This document shows, in pieces, positions 13,266-27,682 of a DNA stretch of 64,000 nucleotides. Positions within the stretch are counted from its first letter, which is position 1, and each line of letters begins with the position of its first letter. A program made the translations under genes and the position numbers. Under the pieces are notes generated by a model that searched no databases, was not told where the DNA came from, and worked only from the letters and a program-made list of their open reading frames with translations. Source of the stretch: Perna viridis (lineage: Eukaryota); the NCBI GenBank assembly GCA_037379345.1, contig CM074513.1, positions 33,166,885 to 33,230,884 of the forward strand. The letters run 5' to 3'.

Positions 13266-14599
13266 AACGATAGGACCAGATAGATGAATGAACACATTTC
13301 ATTAAAGCACGTCCTAGATACTGACTTTAGCTTTAGCTGAACCTGAACGGCATTCCTTTACATCATTTATAAAAGGTACACAAAATCTTCATGATAAAAG
13401 TATACATGTACAAATTTTCCGAACTAACCGAACTAAAAAAATGGCAGTTACTAAAAGTATACGTGATGTACTATTACGTAAACCTTCAGATTAAACATTT
13501 AATAAAAACTAGTGTCGTGTTTCTGTTTGTTCGACTTCCTTTATTTGTTGCTTAGAGTTCTTTGGTAATTATATTTTTATAGCAGACTCGGTTGTAGTAA
13601 ATGCTGCATTTGGAACAGTTTTCTACCAAATTTTAACGGGAATGTTGCGCTTACCTCTTGGAAGCATCAAGTGAACCTGTTCATGAAATAGCGTAACTTC
13701 AGGCGTCTCTTCACTGTGCGACACTGGCAATAGTAATATTCACGAATATAGAAAGCATGTCGTTCTAGATGTACAATTCATCGATAGGTATACTTGTTTT
13801 AAATAGTAAATGGTATGTTTTTGTTTTTGTATACTCTATAATCGTTACTTATTATTTAAAATGTCCGGTTTTTTTTTCTGTTTCGATGCAATTTGAAAAA
13901 TCCAAAGGAAATCACGGAATCGAAACGGATGATTTCTTTATTTATTTTATTGTCTTTTCAGTATTAAATATCGACCTAAACGACATTCCTGTTTATAACG
14001 CTTCCCTCTTTGGCGAAGAGCAGTGCTAAAAGTCCCCATATCTTCCAACAAGTTTTTTTTCAGAAACGATTAATTCGACCCATTATTTATTGATATTGTT
14101 TATAAATATATATATTCTTGCTTACCCCTAGGGTACATATATATATTAGAGTTGATGTTTGGGTGTGCACAGCGGTTACCTCAGCCCACGTATCTAGTCA
14201 AACATCTGACTCACTGACCTAGAAACAAATATAGTGTTTTCTTTCTTCATTCAAATAATCAAAGTACACTAAAATTATATCAAAGAAACGAACAAAAACA
14301 AACAAAAAAAACCATTTCTCACATGTAAAAATTATTTCGCATCAATTCAAAAGAGCTTCTTAAGTTCAACCTTCTATCTTTCCAATTTTCATTTGATTCC
14401 ATTAAGGCGACTTATAGATAATCACAGTGGAGTGATCGAGGGAATCACACCAACCCAGTACCCACCAGAGTACACGCAAACCAGTGTTATATATGCAAAA
14501 ATGCAGTTCTGGACAAAATCAAACACAAAATACCAACTACCTTTATTTAAGTTCTTAGATGTATCGCTTCGTATATATATATACTTATATAAGGACTAG

Positions 14600-17500
14600 T
14601 CATATTAAAGCGTTGGAATTATCAGACGTTTTGCTGCATGTACAAGACCGGTCGTCTTGTTTTGCAGCAGGACAAAGACATCCAGGTCCACACTCACAAG
14701 GTTTAATGTCCCCCGAGTAATCATCAGAAGCGCAATCTGGCGAGTCAACAAGGACAGGAAGATGTACCTTGTCGGTCTGAATCACCGACACTGGACGGGG
14801 AACATCTTTACAGTCAGGCAACTTGTTGCAATTTAGCTTTTGGAAGTCGTTCTCCATTCTTAACGTGCACTGACAAGACTTGACCTTTCCTAGTTTCTCC
14901 TTTAAAATGTTAGGCAGCATTTTGCTAGTATTAACGTTTCCATCTTTGGGTCTGTCGGTACACTTACAGTTGCACTGTCTGTTGCGACTGACAAATAAAC
15001 AAAATAAAATCATTCCAGATACACAAAAGATCACGCCAATCACTGTGTAATTGATGGTAAGCGACAATTTGATTTTCTCCAAGTCCATGCATTTGTTCCA
15101 AAGAGTCAATTCAATTTTTCTAATGTCGCCTTCAATATCAATATCTGGTATTGTATTTCCAGTTTTGGCCACAAGTGGAGAAACTGAATGAAGCAGCAGG
15201 TGTTTAGTGGAAGCCGTACCAAATGTTTTATCGACATCATCTGAAATATTCAGTGTTATGTAAAAATTGGGGTTTTTTCTAACAAACACATCCAAAACTT
15301 TTCTAAAAAAATCATATTACTGAGAAACCTGTCATGGAAAACAAAAATAAATAAAATGTCAAAGGGTCAAAGGTGACAATTTCATTTTTCGGTGCTTCAC
15401 TTTGTCAAGTTTTCTGTTTCGCCACATCATTAAATGCAAAAACTTATTGTGTCTTCCTCGAATGCCAAAATTTTATATGTTACCTATTCCTTGAAGCCAA
15501 CAAAAATACTTCAATAGATGTTTATATTATAACAACAGGTGTTTTTGTAACAATTAAAATGATTTTATAAGTATTTAACTGTTGATATTAATTAGGAAGT
15601 TGATAAATGGAACATTTTATACCATTTTTATATGGAAAACAACAGATTTTTAAAAATATGTAAGAATATAATAAAATTGTATTATTGAAAATTTGTAAAA
15701 ATATAATAAACTTTCAACTTTTTTTTTACTTGTTAATTTTAAGAAATGTATATTTATATACAAAAATATTAATAATAAACATTATTTCAAACTCTGAACT
15801 TTATATTAATGTTTTTCATTCTGTTTTAACTAAATAATAAGAGTACAGTGACATGCCAACCGTGAGATGACAACTTTACAGTTTGCAGACTCAGCATCAT
15901 ATCTTTTACACTTGTAATGAACTGTTAAATGTGAAAAGTGTTTTGTATGAACTATTCATCAATTGTTATCAGATCACATAATATGTAGTGCTTTTTGACA
16001 ATTTGCTAAATGTTTGCTTATGTTATATGTTTTGTTTTTAGTTTGTTCTGTGTGCAAATAAATAATATATTCTGATTTTTTTCTACTTTTTATGCCTCAT
16101 GTGATATCAAATTATAGTAATAATAGTCTAGTCCTTACAAAACAACCAAGACCAAACACAATATTTAAGTACTATGGACCATTTGTAAACAAAATAGTGT
16201 GATATTATTACATATACCAAAAACAAAACTATTATGAACTAATGAACAAAATAAACAAAGATATAAACCACTTAGAGCATAAATGGATCTTCTGTATTGT
16301 GTAGTAATTACAAATATTTCATTAAATTGAACAAGAACCTCATACTTAGTAACTATTCTATTACTAGTATTCCTACAATGAATGATAGATTGATATACCT
16401 TCAAGTTATTGGACTATAAAAATAATTCAAAAGTCTATACATGTACATGTATGTGATTTTGTGAAGAAATGCTTCAGTAAAAACAGCAAAAAAAAAAGAT
16501 TTTAACAACTGGAATAACTAAGGATGTTGGCATCCTGGGAATAAATTCATAAGGAGCTCTAGTTAAATAAATAGAATCACCAGTACCTTCTTCGGCTGCA
16601 GATCGTTTACGTCTACTTGGAAGGGAACAACTGGACTAAAATGAAATAAAACATTTTAATACTTTTTTTTAAATCAAAATGAAATTCAGCCTTACTGAAT
16701 GTAAATTCTGATTACTTTATTTTTTATTTTGTTTTAGTTAAATATACTAGCAGTTAACACATTATCTGAGTCTTGAGCTTCAGATCCTTTTACTATTGAT
16801 GTAAGAAAATTAGTCATTCATGGGGTAGACATGTGAGTGTTCAGAGAAGGTTTTTGTTGGATCTTTTGGCACCTGATAATCACCTCCAGTTCAGCAGGTA
16901 GAACTGTTTTTATGGCAATCTATCTGTTTTTTTAATCCTTTTTTGTTTTTTTTCTTATTATATTACAAAAATCACAGAATTTTTCACTTTTACATTTGCA
17001 TACTAAATACATGTTGATACCACTTACCCCATCGCAAGTATTGTTACAAGTTGTGAAGGAACATTTGTATTTCACAGCTGCTGTGTTCCCTGTGGATTCG
17101 ATTAGTTTGAAGGCTTTAAAAAAGGGACTTTTGGCTTTTGTACCAGTTGTGATAAATCCAGCTGTTTTCTTAAATATAATTCCATCACCACAGCTGAAAT
17201 ATAAAGGCTGGATCAAAGACATAAATCTTTCAACAGAATCTAGAGTTTTGTTTATATAAAAAGTATTTTGTGATTATAATTCTATCAAAGTCACAATTGA
17301 GCCGAAAACCAACCACAACATTGGATTATCTTAGATTTTTTGAATGTCTGCATTTTTTTAATAAATGCTTACTTCAAAGCTGTACATTCTTCTTTGAATA
17401 ATAGATGATACTAATATCAGATACAATTTAATTCTATATTTACCCAGCATTTAGAATTTTATAAGATTTCGTTCCATCGCTGTTCTGGGCAATGCAGTCA

Positions 17501-20500
17501 TATGGAGTAAGTCCTTGTTCTGTGCCTATAAAGGGTTAACATAGCACTATCTATGTTCATACCAATGTAAATGATTATAATATAAATGATATAAACAAAA
17601 AGAATGTGACCAAATGAATTTGAGATTCGTGAAATCTGAATCAAGTTAGTTAAAATTCTAAGGTACATTATATTGATATTTCTTAAACAGCTTGGTTAAC
17701 AATAAACGCGTGTTTTAAACATTCACACCATTTTTATTACAAACAGCTTGTGTAAAATTGTGTTTAACTTTCGACGAAGACCCGCAAGCTTGTCGTTTTG
17801 TCACAGTCCTTCCCAGTATTGCAGGCTGCATGGTGCAATCTTTGTAGTAAATTCATCACATCACATGATGTTCTCGTTGTATCGTGAAATGTCCTTTCAT
17901 CTCTTTGCTTTACTAGATTCAGTACATGGAAGAACATTTCTGAAATGAGCCTCACATGAGAAACGTGTACCATATAACATTGTGTATTGGCATACTCCCT
18001 TTTGGTTTACCAGCACGACACTGATGCACATATAGATTAAAAGATTTTAACAAAATGTTTAAAAGCTTTTTTATACAATAAAGGGGCTACTACATGAATA
18101 TGATAAGGAATATTATCCATTGTAGTATTTATACTGCGCTCACAAGCTCATTGTGCAATAAAAATAACTAAGTAAACGATATCACTCAAGACAATATACA
18201 TGTAACAACCCTACATAATTTACCTTACCTCCAGAAATAGAAAGCTGGAGAAATATTTTCTTTCCCATAGTGACTTTTGTTCCATCAATAACTTTGTCTT
18301 GAATGTCCATGATGTTCAACTGTCTAGAGCCACGGTACTCCGCTCCAAGATTGTGTACAAACCCACTTGTTATAGCCATGTGACTGTCAAAAAAATAAAT
18401 AATACTCATAGTGATTATATGGGAACCAAAAGACGAACATATGAATAAAATAATGAACGAAAAAAATTGTTACAACAGTTGATTGAGTAAAGTTATACCT
18501 TATAATAGATCGACAAGAAAAGACCAACTAAATGGATATTTATAAATATTTCGTTGAAGAAAAATATGTAATAATAAATAATAATGAAAGTGACCAATAT
18601 ACGAATCCGTCACCAACTTATACACTAGAAATCAGTATGGTATACAATCTGGTACGACTGAAGCATCTTGACAATATTATCTGGAAGTTGTGTTTGAGAA
18701 CTTGTACCTTTCTACTAACAAAAAAAATTGTCTTCCAACGCTATGCACCTGGTTTTATTCCGAAAGCTTTGTGTATATAGTAACACTTTTGCAGATATTA
18801 ACTTCTAACAATTGAACTTTGAAAAAAAAGACGATTTACGCAAGACAATGTTGTATGAATGCTTTATAACTTACTTATCATCAATATTTTTGGCACCGAC
18901 TTGTTGGTTACTGTATCCGTCTGTTGTGCAAGAGAGAGTATAGGTTTCATAATCCTCCATCAAACTGGCGTTTTTAAATCCCCACCACACTTCAAGTTTT
19001 ACAACGTACAAGTTTGACTCACCGTTTGGGTGCTGAAATTTAAGTTGGCGAATTATAATTCTATCATAGTGCTTAGATATTTTGTTAATAATCTAGTACG
19101 TAGAAACTAAAAACAAACAGCAATGCTCCCATTCCTCCACTTTATGAAGCTAACCTTTTGATATCCAAATTGATTTGGATCAAAATCTCAAAAAGAGGTT
19201 GTACAGTGGTAATAAACAATAAATTTCATTAAATTTCGTTCAGATATGTAGAATGAGTTACAGATAAGAGATGGATCCCCGCGTCGGGAAATGATGAAGG
19301 CCATGTTGGCTGAAGAGGAAGTTTTAACGAAACGATCCACTAGTTGACCTTCAAAATCAGTGAAATATGACGACGCTGAACTCTTAGCGAGTCCTCAAAA
19401 TCAACAAAATGAACCAATCAACATTAATAATGTAGTACGTGCCATACCAACCAACCAAATAAAAGACAACCACCTAACAATTCAATGCATTATGCCAAGA
19501 CCTGCATCCGTAATCATTATAAATTGGTCAGCACATATATGTTTAAATACTAAGCAAGAGTGGGTTACAAATTAGCACTAATGACAGCATATACTGCTGT
19601 ATTGTACTAAGGATAACATAAGCAGCTGGCAAACTGGCTAAGTTTTACATACTTATAAAATGGAAGAAAAATAATTTTCTCAAATTTGTCCGTAAGAAGA
19701 GATGCTCATCATCAATTTGTACATAAACACACACACACACAGTGCACGGTTTGAATAATATTTATCAAATTAGTTCTAGAGTCACATATCGCACTAAAGT
19801 ACTACCATAAGCGTGAAGGACGAACGTACGGACGGAGTCGAGCTTTCAGGTGAAATACAATAGACTTGCGCGTGTTGATTGGAAACTCAGCCCTACCAAT
19901 CACGAAAAGAAGAAAATCAGATCTATTGGTAACAAGGCTTCCTCAGCATGGTACATCTAAATTGTATTTTCAAAGCTTGTGAAATAAAGTTGCACGCCTT
20001 GTCTTGCTAGGAGTACTCCCACTCAAAGGTACAAAATCCTTACCAAATTATCCGAAAGAAAAAACACAGTAGCACCAAAATAGATATACAGAAAACATGA
20101 CCTTAACGAGAAAACAGGAAACAGAGACGTCCACATTCACAATATAAACAACGGAATTAAATATAATTACATATAAAAGCTGTAGATAAAAAATACTACA
20201 CCACTTGCAAATACGCCCCTCCCCCCCCCAAAAAAAAAAGATTAACATTAGCATCAGCGTCATATTCCTTAGATATTGCGAGTTGATAAAATCATTCGGC
20301 GGATTGAGAAATCTTGTATCATCTATGTGACAGAAACTACATATTGGTCAGTCAAATTGAGATAGTACCAATAAAGGTTGAACACACCCCTGTTTCAGAA
20401 GTTTATAAGTGTTTGACAGTATCTTCGATCTACTACTAGCTCAGAAAGACGTATGAACTACATGCATGATAGTAACATTTCAACTGTAAAGTGGTTAGAT

Positions 20501-22387
20501 TTTATAAATAGCCACTTATAAATTGAAAGTTTACTAACTGGAATTCATAATCATATACATTTGTCATATTACTTTCGATTTGAAATGTTATGTGTCATCT
20601 TTACATGGCCTTATACTTAAGGTCTCAAAGGTGTATCCGTTGTTGCAATCATGGTAGCAGTAGCCTAGGGCTGGCTTTCACTCTCCTTTGATTAAATACC
20701 CGTTTCATTGAAAATCTGTTAGAAGCTGCAAATCACTTAATATTTGATACAATCTTTATACAGGTGTCGGTGCCATATATTGTAAGTGTATTCCAGGCTT
20801 GGCTACAACAAATTCCTACTTGACGACTACAGGTTTTTATTTTGACAATAAACTAAATGAAGGGTGTTGTTGTGGTACTGGGCATATTTCTCATTTACAG
20901 CCATTTATCAATGAAATCATCTTGGTGTTTTTACATCTCTACCTTTGTAATAAAAAAGGGTTGCATTGTAAATTGCTGATGCCAAAATATTTCTTGATTT
21001 AACAATTTAATCATAAAACAAGTCATGCAATGCAAATTAGTAGTGGTTATTGACTGTTCGTTCATTTCACTTACAAAGAAGAAACAGTCCGTGCCTGTAA
21101 CCCCGTTCTTGTCTCCTGTGTAGAATAGATTTGTCGTCACTTCTGTGTTCGTGTCATTAATTGGGGGCATATCAACAGTAACTGGAACTCCTCCATTATT
21201 ACACGTGAGCTTCCCGAAAGCATGTAAATCTGACTTGATAGTGACGTTAGCGTCCAGAAATGTCCCACCCGCACCCGGTGCTCCACAGTTGTGTGTCACT
21301 ACAAAGACGTGCAGCATTGAAAGCCAGTTTTTATGTATATATACGTAATAAGAATTCAAGTTATAGATTGGAACCTATGTAAATGTATGTAGTTCATTGA
21401 TAGCGGAAGTAAGCGATTTCCTGCGAAATTATATATAACTTGTCCATATTACTGATATTGGCCGCAGACAAAACCTGATGTTAGTTTTTTGTTTTTTTTT
21501 CTGAAAAACGATTGATCAGTAAATATGTATACAACAAAAGTGTGGTCAGAAATTGGTAGTGATTTGAACTATTATGAACTTCATGTGATAGCAACACCTT
21601 CCATGTCAACCCATGTGTCATAAAATATTGTTTCCTTCGATCCTATACCAGACTTGTGGTTCGGAATTTTTAGACTTTCCGACATATAATTCGGAAAAAG
21701 TTAATAAGTAACTTAATCGAAAAGGAACGTATTCATATAATTATACACAATTATACACTAAGACTTACCTTTTAGAATATATCCATCAGGAATGGAGAAA
21801 CACAACTGACAAATAAAAATACAGCGTGCAGTAATTAAAACCAACCATAAACGCGAACTAACCGAAGATGCTCAATCTTGAGAAATAAAACGATGTACAG
21901 TCTATTTCCAGAAAACTTTTGGCCGTTTTGATCGCAACAGTTTATGTCAACAGGTTCTCATTCATATACCATGCACTTATTTCAAATGTTTTGTTTCCTG
22001 GTGATAATGGTTGTGAGAAAATATTTTAAACTTATCGGAGATAAACTCAAGCACGCCTAAGCTTTTCGAGCGTTTGTTTCAAGACCTAAATGTCTTTTAT
22101 TTAATGATTTAACTTTAAGTCAAGATCTATGACATTTAATGTAGAATAAATATTTCCAAATTATTGTCCTGAATTTTGACCTCAAATGAGCCTATAAAAT
22201 AATTTAAAACATGTTAAATATATGTTTACATTTTAGCAATTGAATACGCAAATAGTATATATAGTGAAACAATAAGTTTATAAATTATGTGTATTCTAAT
22301 TAACAGCCATGCCTTTGTATGAAAAGTTATTGAATGTTAGCTTACCTGCACCAACGACAGTACAATCCCAGGAACGATCAGATTCAT
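14600..22387 (-). CDS. ZP-module (vitelline envelope VEZP/VERL-like) type I membrane protein, paralog B, with long Cys-rich cytoplasmic tail; ~517 aa, 9 coding exons
   Basis: Exons (minus): 22387-22346, 21805-21769, 21298-21075, 19032-18875, 18383-18229, 17525-17444, 17193-17028, 16635-16587 (or 16581), 15240-14600; all GT-AG and phase-consistent. Signal peptide MNLIVPGIVLSLVQLCFS, then IPDGYILKVTHNCG... with the same Cys pattern as paralog A. It has a canonical furin site RRKR, a TM helix (YTVIGVIFCVSGMILFCLFV) and a 128-aa tail. Confidence 0.88.
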
Positions 22388-23097
22388 CGCCTACAATAGT
22401 AAAATTAAGTGAAATGTAAAAACTTCATTTTAAAATTTCATAGCAATTTAAGAAATACATGTATATTAAATCTACCAAAAGTTGCACTAACCTCAGACAT
22501 CGACTGACTCAACCCTTAGAGAAAACCGAAAATAAAACCGCGTCTATCGGTCGTGGCGGGAAAACAATTCGAGTTTTTCTTTCAAAGTTTGTTCTGAAAT
22601 GCGGGGCCAGCATAAGGAACGGAAAGAAATATGGAAACGCCACACGGGGCCGTCATTGATAATGTTTTAAGTAAAAGGATAGCAAAAATGCTAGACAGGT
22701 GACAAGGTGTATAAATATTCACTTCCATTGGAAATCAGTCTTATTCCGTTATTTTTTTAATACTGCTGATTTTGGCAAAATAAGCTGTGATATAAATCGT
22801 GTCAGACAAGTCTGACTGTTGGACTGTTGAATATTGAATACTGTCAGGGACCCTGGTCCACCAGCAGCGGTATCTCCTCCAGTGGTTGCTAAATATAAAC
22901 CATCACTAATATTAGACATGAGTTATCCCAACTCATATGGTCTTCTCTATACATGGAATATAAAACACAATAAATTATTGAACAAATAACGACAAGTGTA
23001 GTGTACAGAAATTGATGATTTAAGTTTTAACAAAAGAAGGTCCAAATCACAAAAAAAAGTAATAAAAAAAATAAGAAAAATGCCAAAGGTATTTTGA

Positions 23098-26000
23098 TCA
23101 GTCTAAACAGAATGGACCTGAGTGCTGAATAAAATGTTGTATTGTTTTAAAGTTGTCATCATTGCTGGTGTTATCAAGTATTGCGCTACTAAATAAAATC
23201 ATTGTTATTCGATCTTCACCAGTATCCGGAAGATTGTCTATGTATAATCTCCGTTGTTCTACATACAAAGGACATTGTAGAAAGAAATGAATACTATCCT
23301 CAGTAGGCCAGCCACAGGTGCATTTCTGGTCAGGCACCAAACCCAATCTGAACAGATCAGCTTTGAGTGTCCTACTCATGTGACGTAGTCTTGTATGCAA
23401 AATATTAAGCTTTCGAATTCCATTATAATAATATGAAGGTGGTTTGAACACGAAATTCTGATTTCTCAGTAATTGTTTGAAATTATCTAAGGTTGGCACT
23501 TGTCTCAATCGTAGGTCTAAGCTATTCCACAATCGTGTAGCAGATGGAAAGATATGCTGGTACCTTACTATTGTGTACTATATGGAATAGACACAGTACG
23601 TCTTCGTCGACGATCTGCTAATGTCTCCCAACCAGTTTCAAGATATAAAGATTCAATACTGGCATATCTTGGAAGACCGGTTACAATTTTGACAGCTTCA
23701 TTTTGTATTTTATCTAATTTATTTGCACATTCTGCAGAACACCCATCCCAGAGTTCACAAAAATATTCCAGTAATAGTAAAATATAAGTATGATATATCT
23801 TATTCAAATTTGATCTGTTCAGAGTGAACTTGAGCGTTCGCAGAACACCTAACTGTCTTGTTGCATTCAGACATATAATCAATATGGGTTGACCACTTAC
23901 AATCCGAAAACAATACTACTCCTAAATGCTTGTGAGTATCAACCATCTCTACTCGTTAAATCATTAAATTAAATAGTGATTGGTTGTTGTATTTCTTGAT
24001 TTGTAAGATATACAGCCTTGGTTTTGGCAGGGTTGAAGTCTACCCTCCAGTCTTCAGACCATTTTTGTAGTTTATCAAGGTCAGAGTTAATGGAATGCTC
24101 TATTGTTAAATGATTCTGAATGACGAACAGCCTAGTGAGGTATCGTCAGCAAATAATATAGTAAAACGATTCAAATCATCAGATATATCATTTATAAAGA
24201 TACAAAATATTAAGGGTCCAAGAACAGAACCTTGCGGAACTCCCGCGTTGATGAAAGACTCAGATGACATAGAATTGTTAACAAAGACTTTCTGTCGTCT
24301 TTTATATAAAAAGCTTTGAAGCCATAAAATTACATTATGGTTAATTCCATATGATCTAAGCTTTACTATTAACCCCATATGCCATACCTTATCAAATGCC
24401 TTCGAAATATCAATGAACACTACACAAGAATTATATCTTATGATAAATTCCAGTCAGTTAATGGACTGTGCTGTGCCCAGCCATGAAACCTGACTGAAAT
24501 TTATATAACAATGAGTTTGAAATTAGATAGTTGTAAAGGTACTTATATACTACTCTCTCAAAAACCTTTCTGACGCAGTTTAATAACGCAATCGGTCGAT
24601 AATTAGAAAGCAGAGACTTCTCCCCCTTTTTAAAGCAAGGCATAACTGAGGCAAGCTTCCAAAACTCAGGAAACACCTCTATCGATAATGATTTATTAAA
24701 GAGTATATGTAACGGGACCGATATACTATAAGCGGTGTACTTGAGCATATGGTGACTAATACAATCATGTTTGGTCAGTTCGAGGTGCAAATTCTGGAGT
24801 TGCTCGATTTGAAACTTTATTTGTAGAAATCGAACAAAAATATCTGTTAAGGAGGTCAGACTTGAATTCGTCATCAACGATAAGTTCGTTTCTAGTTGAA
24901 TCGTGAAGTGCTGGTATATGGGTAAATGATCTCGAGCCTTTCATGATCTTCTTAACTAAACCCCAGAATGTCTTTGGGCTAGAACTGGCATTAAGCATGT
25001 CATCTACGCTTAAGAAAAAAATGTTCCTTAGCGTATTTGATCATGTTAGTGACCTTATTACGTTGCCTTTTGTAATTTTGAATAGCAATATTAGTTTTGC
25101 TGTTTATCGCCTTGTCGAGTAATCGGTCATGTTTTCTGATCTCGCTACGCAGTTCAGAGTTAAACCACGGTTTATTGTCTGGGCGAATAGTTACCTCCTT
25201 TGACGGTATATGTCGTTTATATCTCAATAATTTTGTTGGAGGATTCAGTACACATCAGATCGATGTTGTTACCCATATTATTGAAATATTCCACCCAATC
25301 GATCGAGTTGATAATATCGTTAATCGCATTAAAATCTCCGTGCATGTATAACCACACGGTCCGCTTGGTGCATGAATTATTAAGTCTCTGAGGTATCTCA
25401 AATGCAATTGTGTAGCTTGATGATCACTGATAGATTTGTCAACATCAACGACTTCAGCAAGCTGCACATCACAGTTAGGAGATACTAGAACTGGGTCTAG
25501 AAGAGTTCCCATTAACATCATAGCGCATTGCCTCATTTATATAATTAGGAATGTTATAGACCTCAATGATGTCCTTCAATATATTCTTATTCTCCGATAA
25601 TAAGTTCACGTTAAGATCACCAGGGATTACGCGATTTGGCGTGTAATTCAAGGCCTATTCAATTGATATTTGGAAGTGTTCCCAAAAGGGGTTTGTAGCT
25701 CCTTGTGTTCGATAGACAGCACATAGTAGCAACTTAAAACGAGGAAAGCAAACTTCGAGCCATATAAGCTCTCCGTTCGGAAATTCTAGATCGTCACAAT
25801 GAATTACTGTAAGCTCATCCGCAATATATATTAAGACACCGTCCCATGGCAATTTCGATCTTTGTGGGTAAGGTTGTTTGAAAAACCGGTCATATGAATA
25901 TCATCAGATGGGATTGTTACATCTAAATGGGTTTCAGTAATACATAAGATCGATGCTCCATTAGCTAGGCTTCCAACGTAAGAAAGCTTGTACCTTCAGC

Positions 26001-26352
26001 TCCTAATATTAATATGCATGATCGCGAAAAGGAAATCAAAATTGGGACCCGGATTTTCACTGACGTCATCGCTGAGCAGTAAAAGAATCACTAGTATAAG
26101 TATGTAATAAGGGTTCTTGGTGAATGGCTCAAAAATGTATCTGTGATATGCAAAGACAAGTGATTTTAAGGCTGAAATTAGGATTCCTAGAAACAAAAAT
26201 GGTATATTGTATGTCCTGTATCTGTATATATACACACACCTCGTCCGGACACGAGAATAGACTTTGTCATAAAACAAGCCTATCGCGGAGCGATATAAGT
26301 TTATATCACTACCCGTAATCAAACATGAAAGCATGTAGTCGCTCCACGTCAT
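23098..26352 (-). pseudogene. LINE ORF2 (APE endonuclease + reverse transcriptase), fragmented
   Basis: Motifs HINIRS*..ILCITETHLD, GVLIYI, CAVYR, SDHQA (APE); NKPWFN, NYRPIALL, FQSGF, FIDISKAFDKVWH, GVPQGSVLGPLIF, LFADDT (RT), spread over several frames. Confidence 0.9.
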
Positions 26353-27682
26353 GGACTGTCATGTGGCAAAGAACAACGCAAGCAGATTAAAAAAAAAACA
26401 CAATTCGGCATTCGAGGTCTTAATAGTCAAAATTAAAATAACAAAGAAAACAGGAAATAAACTAAAATACAGTATACAAAACGTTCGCCCATTGTGAAAA
26501 AAAAAACATGTCAGGAACAGTTCGGATTTTTCCATATTATTGGTTTATGTCATATTGTCTGTATTTCCATTAAATAGACATTTTGCATATTATGACCAAA
26601 TTATTATATACATTTGTAGTTATAATAGTAATAAACTCTATTCTATTGTCAGCTGATGAATATGTGTAGCTAAATTTAGTTTCAAAATAATGAGAATAAT
26701 ACATAAACATTATACAAAAACTACCAAGCATGCTTTCAAGCAGATGATTTCCTTTTTCACAGGGATAGATTTTTAAAATTAAAATTAAAAGAAGCCAATA
26801 TTTTAGCCCGATAAAAGAAAACAACATGTTACCGTAGTAAATACCACGCTAATGTCAAATATGATATAAATAATCAGAATATATATTTTGAAAAGAAACG
26901 ATCAATTATCATAATGTACTGATAGCTAGTTAGTTCTATATAAAACATAGTAACATACAAGTCCTTGCGAAGCAGATATAATTTATATGATGTAAAAAAA
27001 AACCCAAAAAACAAAACAAAACAAAGCGCTCATAAAGGGATTATTTTACCATTAGTTTTTTTTTCAAATAGAGAGGGTTAAGAAAGTAATGTTGGGAATT
27101 TTTGAAATTTTAAAATATATAGTCGCATGTCATATGAAGATCAGTAATTAAATATACATATTTACGTCGTTAAAGATAAATTACAAACTATTAACATTAC
27201 CGAATATTCAGAATTGAATGTTAAGGGAAAATATAGATTTTGCACATCTAGAGTGGTAAATTAAACCGGCTTGAACATGTAAGTGACATTAACATGAAAG
27301 TGACATTCGCATTTTTTAATCAGCAATCAAGTTTGTCGTTTGATGACATTCTTTAAGATTTGTTAACATAAAGGAATTCTAGATATGTTGTTTGCATAAA
27401 TTATACAATGTATAAAGGATGGGTTGACAAATTAAAAATCAGGTATCAATTTAACCACAACATATGATATAGATAGACGGAACTACCCGTCATAACATCC
27501 ATAAGCATTTCGAGTGCACCCGATTTTAAAGCAAACACAAACTGGGAGTATAAATTGTTAACTGAGTACATTTGAAGCTCGGAATACAATATTTGATGGT
27601 GGTGATAAAAGAAAAACAATTTTTCAATCGAAACGTCTATTCATTCAACCTGTCTTAATTTAGAATTCAATTTGAGACGGGG

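Noticed and set aside
19272-19339. Hammerhead-ribozyme-like core (CTGAAGA...GAAAC with an upstream GTC)
   Set aside because: Stem III can be drawn only with a bulge, and I could not form stem I or a convincing stem II. An Infernal search would settle it.
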